Source of the DNA: Octopus sinensis
Lineage: Eukaryota
Assembly: GCF_006345805.1 (NCBI RefSeq)
Contig: NC_043003.1
Span: 12,338,001-12,402,000, forward strand
Reading direction: 5' to 3'
DNA length: 64,000 nucleotides
Position numbers and translations under genes: made by a program. Positions 37,215-49,400 of this stretch are shown piece by piece; positions within the stretch are counted from its first letter, which is position 1, and each line of letters starts with the position of its first letter. The notes beneath the pieces were generated by a model. It made no database searches. It saw only the letters and a program-made list of their open reading frames with translations, and was not told the DNA's origin.

Positions 37215-39486
37215 GCATATGTATGTATGTATAATTATAATAAGGCCTTAGAAAAAAAATTCTACCCTTTATGCTGAGAAATAAATGCTAAATCATCTCA
37301 CCACTAAAAAAAAGTTAGAAACATGTGCTGAATTCAACAGAACAAGCCAACTGAAATTATAAAATAGCTAGCCCTGGATTAGCTAATTTCTAGATCTGCC
37401 CAAAGGCTTTTCTGTCTCCAGCAGGACATACATAGAAGATAAATGAGATATTTATACACACCCACAGGAAAGCAAAATGCAAAACCATAAATACATATAA
37501 ATATCCCAGATACCTCCGAACAAATTTTGTAGCTTGCCTCAACAGCATGTTCGTTTGGTTGCCTTAGCAGTTAGGTAGCTATGCTGTCCCGAAGTGAAGA
37601 AATTTTTCAATTACAATAATAGAGGATAAAACTTCATCAGTTAATGTCCGTTGTCCATGCTGGCATGGGTTGGACGGTTTGACTGGGCTGGCATACTGGA
37701 AGGCTGCACCACACTCCACTCTGATTTGGCATGGTTTTCTATGACTGGATGCCCTTCCTAATACCAACCACTCCAAAAGTGTAATGGGTGCTTTTACATG
37801 CCACCAGCATGAATGCCAATTTGCATGACACCGATATCTGCCATGACTGTGATTTTGCTTAGCTCGATGGGTCTTCTCAAACATGACATAATGCCAAAGG
37901 TCTTGATCTCCATCACATGAAAGGAACTCAGCCACTTTGCCTCCATGAGGCATTAAAATCAACATCATTTAATGTCCATGTTCCATGTTGGCATGGTTGA
38001 ATGGTTTGACAGGATCCAATGGGCCCAAAGGCTTCATCGTGCACCAGTGTTTTTGGAATGCTTTTTTAACAGCTGGATGCCCTTCCTAATATCAGCCACT
38101 ATACAGTATGTATTGGGTACCTTGTTTTATGTCACCAGCACTAGTGAGGTTGGCATGCAACTTGCAAGACTACAGGCTCTGGTGGGAGTGGGGTGGAGTA
38201 GAGAGGAGTAGAGTATAAGAGAAAAGGGCTGACGAGAAACGGGTTTCTTACAGTAGAGGAGAGGTACAAGGTTACACACATTTTTGAAGTGAGGGTCGGA
38301 GTGATTGGATGAAGCTGGGAAACAATAAGATAGTGGTGATGTGATATCAGAGTGGATCTTCAAGGTATGAGGTGGGTTGTAATGAGTTGGATAAAGGGAC
38401 CAGGAATGAGTGGGGCAGTAGGGGATAGTTTGGACCAGCAGAGTAGTAATAATGATACAGTAAGTAGGAGATGGACGAAGGAGAGATGACATGCTGTTGG
38501 ATTGGTTGCAGTAGTTGGTAGGGAAAAGAAAAGCAGGCATAGAGTAGGTGGAAGTTAAGATATATGGTGCAGGGGGTGGGGTGGGGCAGAGAATAATTTG
38601 GTGGTACAGTGGGGGTGGGTGATCAATAAATGTAGAGAGAACAGTATTGATATATGAAAATGTGTGCATACACACACACACCCCAGTTACCCAATAAAAC
38701 TTTCAAGAAAGCACCACTGTTTGACAAGACTTTCCTCACGTTTATAATTATATTGCTTAATCAGGAAATATTAATTTCAAATATCAAAAGAGAAGACATC
38801 TAATTTAAACGAGAAAAATTATTAAACAAACTGTCGAGGAAATAACATAGTACAAATATAGTTTCTGTAGCTACAAACCAAAAAGAAAGAAAATGACTGG
38901 TGGTTTGTTGGTAGAGTAGCTGACTGGGTGAAAAACTTATTATAGCAGGAGCCTATCCTTAGTTTAAACAAACATGCACAAGCATGTATCAACACACACA
39001 CATGCTAAGCCAATGGGAGAGCCACTATTTGTCACTTGGCATTCTATAATTAGCTGTCAAATCTCCATCCAATTGCACTATACTGATCTTAAAAGGAAGG
39101 GCACGTTGGGTAATGTAGTCTTAGAAAGACTATGATTCTGGCTGAATTGGTTATGACTGAAATGTTTTTGATCACAGCTCTGTTTCATCAGTGTTAACTT
39201 GATTTTAAACAATAACAACAGTATATGAATATCTGTATTATTCTGATGTTTTATCCTGTATTATTATGATGGAAATATTTAAATAGGTAATATCATAAAT
39301 CAGAGAGAGAGAAAAAGATGTTAAATCACAGTGATGGGATGTGTAACACCATATTTGGATGACATTCTATAATATACACACAACGTTCTGAGTTCAAATT
39401 CCGCCAAGGTCGACTTTGTCTTTCATCCTTTTGAGGTTGATTAAATATGTACCAGTTACATACTGGGGTCAATGTAATCGACTTAA

Positions 39487-39707
39487 CCCTTTCGTTACTG
39501 TATTTATTTTGAGATGTTCTGTGTTGCTCTCAATTATTTTAAATATAAAAAAGGATTTAGTAAAATAACTTCGTTATCATTTAAGCTAGTGTTAGGAACA
39601 TAATTTGTGACTAAGGTTTGGTGGAAGATTTTAATTCAAAACTTATGAAAAGAAAACATTTGTACTCAGAGCCAGAGCCAGGTTCAGCCGGGTTGGTAAC
39701 AAAAGGG
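39487..39707. mobile_element. piggyBac-type MITE (family P1) inserted in the TTAA of a SINE B
   Basis: TTAA at 39483-39486 and 39708-39711. TIR CCCTTTCGTTAC / GTAACAAAAGGG (11/12). SINE B resumes as TCCCTTTGTCC. Confidence 0.92.
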
Positions 39708-40139
39708 TTAATCCCTTTGTCCTTTTTTGTCCCCTCTATGTTTAGCCCTTTGTGGGTAATAAAGAAATAATTATATAATAGTAATAACATAAGTAGGCAT
39801 GTTTACTGTTTCTTTGGCAGAAAGTAGGAATATTTCATATTATTCTGATAATATTTTAGAATATCCTGGTTTAGTTCAGCATTCAAAACCTTTCAATGTC
39901 AGTTTACCCCAACCTCCCATTCCTGTGAGGTCAATAAATGTTAGTAATTCTCAGATAATATTACGAATAAGAGTAGCAAAAGCTTATGACGGATGTGATT
40001 CAATTAATTCTGAAATATCCGTATTTTTTGTGCCAACATTCTATATAATAAGAGCAATATGTAAACTGATAGCTATTGCCAGTGTATTGCTTGAAAATTC
40101 GTACCTGATAAAAAAAAATTTTTTCTTACTTGATTTTCC

Positions 40140-40142
<3 letters not shown>

Positions 40143-40194
<52 letters not shown>

Positions 40195-40612
40195 GTGTGT
40201 TTGACTTTTGCTTTGTATTTGTACAAGTTTACTCCAAGTCTCACCCAGAGACCTCAAGAGACAACAAGTTAGAAGTTCATGTTGGTGTTATGCCTAGGGT
40301 GTCGTATATTTGGCTTTGCACAGAGTATTGTTTTAGAGAATGTTTAAGAAAACATTAGAAAATTATAAGATTGTTTTAAAATTTGAGACAGTATGTTACA
40401 TAGGTTATGGGCAGTTCCCATGAGCACCGTTTTTTGTATTTCTGCCATTTTTGGATTTCCTGATATCTGAGCTAGGTAGCAATCAGCCCCTTTTGCTATC
40501 ATTCCTAATGCACCTATGACAACAGGTATTGTTTTAGTCTTCAGGTTCCACATTTTGCCATTTTGCCAATTTCTATTTCAAGATCTTTATACTTGCTCAG
40601 ATTTTGGTAGGT
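40143..40612 (-). mobile_element. R4/Dong-like LINE 3' fragment ending in (TAA)n
   Basis: Minus strand reads LSKYKDLEIEI(8-nt duplication)KMWNLKTKTIPVVIGALGMIAKG..IQKTVLMGTAHNL. It ends at the (TAA)n tract 40143-40194. Confidence 0.8.
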
Positions 40613-41242
40613 CTTGGCAGATACACTTCTTCTTCTTCTCCTCCCCCTCCTCCTCCTCCAGCAGGCAGGCAGGGAGCATCGTTAGCATGCTGGGCAAAAT
40701 GCTTGACGGCATTTCATTCATTCCGCCAAGGTCAGCTTTGCCTTTCATCTTTTCGGGTAGTAAATTAAATACCAGTTGAGTACTGGGGCTGATTACATCA
40801 AATTTCAGGTCTTGTGCCTTTAGTAGAATAGATTAGATTGTTGTTGTTATTTTTGAAATCTGGATAATTAGTGTTGTTGGCTGTAAAAAGCCAACTAAAT
40901 TAAACTCTTATCGATATGTGGATTAGCTGATTAATCACCCTAGAGACTGTTCAATTGCATCTATATTATGTTTGTAAATTAGCTACTTTAAAATATTTAA
41001 TACAAGATATGTTTTGTCCTTGGCTTAAATCTGTCTTAAGTGTTTTTGGTTTTTTTTAAATTATGTCTTTTAATTTTACATGTTTCAGTCATTGGACTGC
41101 AGCCATGCTCTGACGTTGTTTTGAAGGACTTGGTCAAACAAATTGATCTCAGCACTTATTTTTAAGTCTAGTACTTATTCTATTAGTTCCTTTGGTTGAA
41201 CCACTAAGTTATGGGGATGTAAACAAACCGGCAGTGGATGTA

Positions 41243-41455
41243 CAAGGGGGTGCGGTGCTAAAAAGTTCCTAGCTTTGAGTAAAAGAAAATACAGGAGGAT
41301 CAGTTATGATTTTATTCAACATATTCCCCTCTCTGATTCACACACTTAATGCAGTGGTCCTTCAGTTTTTCTAAGCCCTGTAAAAGAACTCAGAATGTTA
41401 GGTCAACTAAACAGGCCTTTTGCAATACCCTTAAAACCAGGAACTTTTCAGCACC
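41243..41455. mobile_element. mariner-type MITE
   Basis: TIRs GGTGCTAAAAAGTTCCTAGCTTT (41254-41276) and AAAACCAGGAACTTTTCAGCACC (41433-41455), 20/23 complementary. Confidence 0.85.
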
Positions 41456-42508
41456 TGTGCGTGCGTGTGTGTGTGTGTGTTGTCAAGATAGAAATGAGAT
41501 AAAAGAATTTGTTTTGCCTATTATTTTCTATCTCAAAGCATCATACTAACTATAGGTAGTGGACTTATTTTGTTGTATTCTTGTTATCATTTCTTGTCAA
41601 TCAATGTAGCATAGCTGATTATTATATCAGTGTTTTTCTTCATCTCCAATTCTATACATAGAGCAAATTTATACTAATGAGCAGTTGATGAACTTTATTT
41701 CATTAAGTATTCTACTACAGATGACTATTGTTCCTTTCATGACGTAGCGATCCTCATGCAACCTGGTGAAGCATCAGCTGTATGCTGTTTTTTCCCTTGA
41801 TTTATTTGCACCAATAAAAGAGAAGCATCTCTCAATTATTCATGGTATTACAAGAATTCAAACCGGACTCTCTCTCTCTCTCTCTCTCTCCACCCCACCC
41901 TCTCTCCTCAGCAGACAGCTAATGTAGGAAACAGCATAATCATGATTACCTATTTATTCTTCTTTCAGCCAGTCTTAATATGTTTCAATTGAAAAAGATA
42001 TTAATTTGCTAAATTTCAATTCTGCCAGTTTACCCATAACACGTTGATGTCTTTTCTCCTATCACAACAGCATTTTCCATTTACACCACAGATATGATCC
42101 GAAAGAACTTCATTTCAAGAACATATGTATAACACTATTTTCTGCAGTAGCATGTTTAGACTTAAGCCTTGTAAACATTGTTTCCAACCATGTTTATCAT
42201 AGAAGATTGTTTCTTTTCTCTCTATGAATTACAGTTTTACTCAAACATGTAAACATTGAACTCCTGGAAGTAATCACATGCTGTTTAACCCCAATAAATC
42301 TACTGTATCACCTAGGGTAATAGAGCTCTACCTTCTGGTTGCATATAGAAGATAAAGAGAACTCATATATATATGTATGTATACACACACACATTTATAT
42401 ATACATATATATATATAAAATTAAATAAGGGTAGAAATGGATATTAATCAATTAAAACCAGTGGCCTAGCATATTTTTTAAAAAATCCGAAGATTAAAAT
42501 TTTTTTTA

Positions 42509-42646
42509 CATACAAAATTTTGAGGACTGACCACTAAAAGTGGACAGCCTGTATGCTAGATATATATTCTTCATGGAAAATGGCGATTTTGACATCTATA
42601 TCTAGCATACAGGCTGTCCACTTTTAGTGGTCAGTCCTCTAAATTT

Positions 42647-42652
<6 letters not shown>
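42509..42652. repeat. 56-bp inverted repeat with 32-nt spacer
   Basis: Arms 42509-42564 and 42597-42652 have 2 mismatches and a 43-bp perfect inner core. Confidence 0.95.
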
Positions 42653-42710
<58 letters not shown>

Positions 42711-43334
42711 TACATACATACATAGGTGTGACTATGTGTTTAAGAAACTAGCTTCCCAGCCACTTGTTTTCTGGTTCTGTCCCACTGTGTCTACCTTGGG
42801 TAAGTGTCTCCTACTATAGCCCTGGACCAGCCAAAGCCTTGTGAGTGAATATGGTAGATGAAAACTGAAAGAAGCCCATCATATATTTATATATAAATGT
42901 ATTGTGAGGTGGTGTTTCCTTGTCTCTATATTACAAGTGTTGTAAGCGAGTATCATTGTCATAGAAGTGGTGCTTGTTTTCAGTCTTCTATGAAAACATA
43001 TCCAGCCATGGAGAAATGTTACTTTATTTCAAAAGCAGATGCTTGAAATAAGTGCTTGATCAGAGCCGACTTAGTCTAAACAACATAGTTGTATTTTCAT
43101 CCATATCCCACTACACACCAACTTGGACAGTGTCTTCTGTTGTAGCCCCAAGCTAACCAAATACTTGTGAATAGATTTAGTAGATGACACTAAAAGAAGA
43201 CCATCGTGTATGCATGAGTTTGTGCGTGTGTATGTGTGTATATATATCATCATCATCATTTATCGTCTGCATTCCATGCTGGCATGGGTTCGTATTTTTG
43301 TAGTACACGTTCCATGATGTCCTATGCCCACATA

Positions 43335-43339
<5 letters not shown>

Positions 43340-43390
<51 letters not shown>

Positions 43391-43492
43391 TATACGTATG
43401 TATATATGCATTTATATATATTTTATATATATATATACACACACACACATATACGTATGTATATATGCATTTATATATATTTTATATATATA

Positions 43493-43541
<49 letters not shown>

Positions 43542-43548
43542 ATATATA
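43340..43548. repeat. Compound TA/CA microsatellite with a duplicated sub-block
   Basis: Directly visible. Confidence 0.95.
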
Positions 43549-44149
43549 AGGAGGTGGGATGTACTCTTGTCTTGACATCACATGATGGTTGTAAATGGGC
43601 ATCATGTTTAGCTAAGAGGCAAATATTATCTTGCTTGGAAAAGCCAGGTGAGAGTTGGTGACAGGGAAGGCATCCAGCCATAAAAAAAAAAATCTGCCTT
43701 GACAAATTCTACCCTCTCCTTACAAGCATGGAAAAGTGGACATGATGATGATGATGTACTCATGTATGTATATACATATGTACTCTTTTATCTCCTTCAT
43801 TGTTCTTATCTCTTATATCTATATTTTCTACAGTGTATTTCAATTGTTTGTTCTTTATCAGTTTGTCAGCAATCTTACACCCTTGAAATATTGATGGTAC
43901 TAAGCACACAAGTGTGAATGATAAAACTACTTATTTTATATATAAATTTATAGTCTGCTGCTTTTGTTACTTTCAAAATGAGTATTTTCTTTCAAATGCA
44001 TAATAATAGCTTGTAGTTGTAATATATACATAATAGAAGGTTTGCTCTTATCATGAAAGTTTGTGTAGGTAATGGATTTCATAAAACGTTCATTCGATAT
44101 TTTGATGGAGAAAGTATGCATTTAGTAATTTTTGTCTAGTTGTTTATAT

Positions 44150-44477
44150 TCTTTTAGTCATTTGACTGCGGCTATGCTGGAGCACCGCCTTTAGTCGAAC
44201 AAATCGATCCCAAGACTTATTCGTTGTAAGCCTAGTACTTATTCTATCGGTCTCTTTTGCCGAACTGGTAAGTTGCAGAAGTGTAAATATACCAGCATCG
44301 GTTGTCAAGCGATGGTGGGGGGACAAATACAGACACACAAGCATATACATATATACGACTGGCTTCTTTCAGTTTCCTGAGGCTATAATAGAAGACACTT
44401 GCCCAAGGTGGCATGCAGTGGGACTGAACCCGGAACCATGTGGTTGGGAAGCAAGCTTCTTACCACAGCTACGCCTA
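44150..44477 (-). mobile_element. SINE family A with internal deletion
   Basis: Family A tail and head are both recognisable. Confidence 0.85.
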
Positions 44478-45839
44478 CTTTCCCCACAAGGTTTAGAGTT
44501 TTAACCCTATTGATACAAGCCGACCAGAGACCTTTCCTTAGTTCCATGATAAAAGCTTCTTGTTTTAGAGTATTCTAAACAAAAACATACTGTTGAAATT
44601 TCATATTGATTTGTTCCAAACATCAGCTTAATAATGACTAAGATATTTTAATAAATTCTTCATTGTTTTAAAAAATAAATTGAAACCAAAATGTACTTAG
44701 AATCCATTCTGCTAACTTACTACTGACATTCATTTTTATCAGTCCACCTTGAATCAGATTTGGAAGGTTCCAGAAAACTTCTGAAACCGCATCGTAATTT
44801 CTCTCTTTTTTTTGTGTATGTGTCTTTTTGACATAGGAGTCAAAAAATACCATGACATTTTGTTTTTAATGGGAGTTACTCTTTTATTGGTTCTAACATT
44901 CGGGTCGTGGATTTTGTGGGAGGGGTAGGTGGCCAGCACCGATTAAAGAGGGTGTCAGCTTTGGTATTTTCACAGGGCTGGGTTTGGGTCGTCGGTATTA
45001 AACACGCGCACAAGAAACGAATTACTGAAAACAATTGTAAATTACAAGAGGTGTGTATAGTTGTGTGTGTGTGTATGTATGTATGTGCTTGTGTATAACC
45101 GAATTGTCTAAATACACGTATCAATGAAACAGCTTTTTTGTTTTTGCATACAATGAGTTTTACGTGACTTGATAATACTGTAATATTTTACATCTATTCT
45201 GAGTTCAATTTTCGCCGAGGTCGACTTTGCATTTCATCCTTTCGGGGTCGATTACATAAGTACCAGTTACGTACTGAGGTCGATCTAATCGACTGGCCCT
45301 CTCCTCCCCCAAAATTTCGGGCCTTGTGCCTAGAGTAGAAAAGAATATTTTAAGTCTATTACCAGCGGGTGGGGGCGACTTGGCTACTCACGCCAATATT
45401 TAAAATAATTTCCCAAAATCTACCTTAAACAAACAAGCATATGAAACAATATAGTCAAGCCAATATATATATTAGAAACAAAGAACTTTTCACAGGGCCC
45501 CTATTATTATCATCTCCTCGGTGACTACTATTTAAATTTTACCATCTGTGAAATCTCTGCAAAGAGCCACCCACACTTCTAAGTATTCAACGGCAACTAC
45601 TAAAATAACTATTGTTCTATATCTGGGGTTTTTATTTGTTTAAAATAAACAAAGCAAAACATTCCTTTTTCTTTTTTTTTTTTAAGTTACTCCAACACTG
45701 AAATATTTGTTTGTTCATTTCTTATTTGCATAACAGGTTTTCCTTTTTCTTGTAATTTTAATTTTGGCAAAATATGGTTTCTCATTTCCCTTGATTCGCA
45801 TAATTATTAAATTTGATAAACTTTTCTGCCCGTTTCTTA

Positions 45840-46464
45840 TTTCTTTTGTTTTTAAACAACTTCGCCTGCCCAGTATATATCTGTTGATGTATACGCGCGA
45901 GTGTCACAAAAGATCGATGATACAAATCTTTTAACCGTTATAAACAACATTCTTCGATATTCTGAGGTAAACCTATCTGCATTCCTTTTTTGTTTATGGA
46001 CAAGATCTCTCTCTCAGTAATAAACCGGCTTTACACATTAGCTGTGACGTTTGTTTGTTCGTCACACGATCTCTGATTTTATCCTTTCTTTTCTGTTTTT
46101 AAATTACGTGATAGATTTAGTCACTGTCAAATCTTTGAAACAATTAGTCACTATTATCGGATTTCCTTTTTTGATTACTCGAAAGGACACTGGCAAAGAG
46201 GCGTATTTAGCGGCGCCTACGCGCACGTAACAAAACCAACACAGCGCTATTATTCATTGTGCTTCAGAGTTGCTTCCCTTTGCAAGTCTGCTCTCTTTCT
46301 CCCCCCACTCTCTACTGTTATTGACCTTGCCCTCCTGGCCCGGTCTACTACCTTCCTACTAATCTACCACTGGCTCTACTAGTTCATACAAGTTTCTACA
46401 CAATACCGTTTCAAACTGGATACTCTCATTTGGATTTCCTAGCTGTACGATCGACTAAGTAAGT
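45840..46464 (+). promoter_or_regulatory. Candidate internal promoter with an ATG-free non-coding first exon (~46250-46458)
   Basis: About 25 CpG in 45841-46460 by hand count. Paired half-CRE TGACG/CGTCA at 46045-46064. Pyrimidine-rich ATG-free leader ends at donor AA|GTAAGT (46459). No SINEs between ~45350 and ~48600. Confidence 0.55.
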
Positions 46465-49400
46465 TATTTAATATATTAGATAACACATTGTTTTTTTCTT
46501 GTTCCCCAAACTCATTGATCTGTAGTTCTATATACACACACATATATATATATTTGTGTGTATGTGTGTGTATATATATTTATATATGTATAAATCAATA
46601 TAGCTATATATATATATATATATATAATGTATAAATGTGTATTTATATTGATTTGTTTACTTTTTTCGCTCCATCCTAGAAAACGTGCTAAATTGTAACA
46701 CGATGACTAAGATATGAAAACATTAACTAGACAAGCACCTGCTTTTGCCTCCGAAAATGTAGCTTGTCAGCATGTCTTTTGTCGATTTTAGTCTACGCCG
46801 CCAACTTAGGTCAGGCTTTGTTAGCTCGATTTAACTCGGAAATTGCTCTGAAAAGTAAAAGATAATACCATTATGTACTTTATTATTCTCTATCCGCGAA
46901 AGAAAACTAGATACCGATGTAATTTCAGTCATCTGTTCCTACTTAAGATCATTTCACTTCGATAAAAGTTGTTGATTTGATGTTACCTCTTGATCATTTA
47001 ACATGACGAAACGTTCCCCAATGTGTGTTTGTTTACCTTCAAACTCTCCGCTATTTAACACGCGGCCTTCATTACTTACTCCACTATAATCACTTATATT
47101 CGTTTAGCTTCTGGCTAACTTTCCTTAAAGCTTACCATGTGAATTGTTCTCTTTTAGTTTCGACTATGTAACTATTTGAAGCGTAGATCCAGTTACAAGT
47201 ACCATCGTAAATATTTTATCGCTCGGTTGTGTCAGAGTGCAAACCAGATTCCGATACTGTCGGTCTACACGGTTATTTATTATATCGGTACATCGTTATT
47301 ATGTATTTGAGATTTTCCGCTTCCTTTTGGAATTATATATTGTAAAGCATTAAAATTTAGGCTTACATATACACAACCTACTTTCAATTAAACTCCACCG
47401 GACTCATTATTCTCTTCAACAGCAAAGTAATACCATTAGGTGCATATGGTATTTGCTCTTTGTCTTTTGTTTGAGAAAAATGTTGATATGAATTAATAAA
47501 CAGAAGTAGTTGGGTAGAGGGATTTGAGAAATCATCTTCACTGGTTTTAACCTACAATATTGGTGAATCTAGCTGTCATATCAACAACATACAAGTTTTA
47601 TTGTAGTTCTATTTACTGACTCTTGAAACTAAGTAGGACACAGCTTTCATCTTACACATTCTATTGCTTAATATTTTTTGTTTTAATTCCCATGTTGCGT
47701 CTTATCTAATTTGTTACATAAAACAACCGAACCGATTTTAAAAAAATTTAGTCAATAACTATTCAGTTTATTATTCTACTATGGATTATTAATTTTACAC
47801 ACAGATCTCTGATTAATTCGGACAACAGCTTAAGAATGGATTTCAAAATGGACAAAATAACCGCCTTTTTTTTATTGAATAATTACTAAGTTCAATCGAT
47901 ATGTACTTAAGTATACATATACATACATTACATAAACACACACACATTCATACATATACATACACACATACACAACGGTTAAGCGCAGTCAATGCTAAAG
48001 TTTCACAATACACTGACCGTTCTGGGAAAATACTAACTGGGTTTTTATTTCAAGTAATTAAAAGTCTGCTTTAACTATTTTAAATACATTTTTCAACACT
48101 TGAAACCTTAGTTATGCATATATATACACATATGCAACCCGTCGCAATTCGTCTTAATTCTTACTCATTGTTTCCCCAAAATATGATTTTTGATCCATCC
48201 TTGTAAGTTAACTTTTCCGTCTCTTTTAAAATTCTTTCTCTATACTTTTAATAATAATACTACTCTTTTATAATACTCCCGAAATCGGCAGACTGTCAGG
48301 TCGTCTTAAGGTATCATGTTAAAACACCGATGCCTATTTAGCACACATGCCTACCTGTTGGATAAGTTGAGGTAGGTATTTCAGCTATTTGTTGTTAAGA
48401 AATTTTCTCTCGCTGTCTTTTCTAGGTTATGCTCACACCTTATCTCCATGTGAGTGTTTGTACGGGCAGGTGGTGGGGGTATGTATTTAGTAATTTTAGT
48501 CTCGTTGCTTATATAGATTATTACTGCATGTATATGTATGTCTACGTTATTAGTTTTATCATCATCGTCATCGTCATTATTAGCAGCGTGGATCGACGTC
48601 AACCTTTGCCGTTTCCCCTTCCATTGACAATAAAGTACCAGTAATATACTAAAAAATCTAGTCAGAAGATTTTTCTCCCTCTTCTATCTAATTGTAGCTT
48701 TGTGCCAATACGACTCATCAACAGTGTTTATTAGTAGAATGTTTGAATTGTGCTCCAGCTCTTTACGTTCCGAGTTCAAATTTCACCGAGGTCAACACTG
48801 TCTTTCATACGTCGGGGCTCGTCGGCTAATCTTTCACCTCAGATTTCTAGCTTTGAGCCTATATTAGAAGAAATTATGATGGCACTGGAGTGGTACAATG
48901 GTTAGAAGATTTGACAATGACTTGCTCTATTTGCTTTGTTTTTTTGCATTCTGAGTTCAAATCTCTCCGAATTCAACTTTGCCTTTCATCGTTCCATACA
49001 ATTTATGTACTAGGATTAATTTAATCGATTACTTCCATACAATTTTTATACATATTGTTTAGATGTATTGTATGATACCACAACTGTCTGTTGTCACATT
49101 TTAAAACCTCATAGTACAACTGATTCAAGAACAGCCATTTCTATCTTCTAGGGGAGTTTTTAACTTACTAACTATTTGGATAATCTTAAATAAACTGAAG
49201 TTTTTTTAATTCAGTGTATTACATATGCAAGACCCTTCTGTGTTTATATTTAATAAGCCAGCACTAGCATGGCTGTGTGGTAAGAAGTTTACATCTCAAC
49301 CACTTGGCTTTGAGTTCAGTCCTACCATGTGGCACTTTGGGCAAGTGTCTTTTACTATAGCCTTGGGAGTGAATTTGGTAGACAGAAACTGAAAGAAACC

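Noticed and set aside
38127-38681. 184-aa minus-strand ORF
   Set aside because: Low-complexity purine-rich decayed repeat sequence with no domain motifs.
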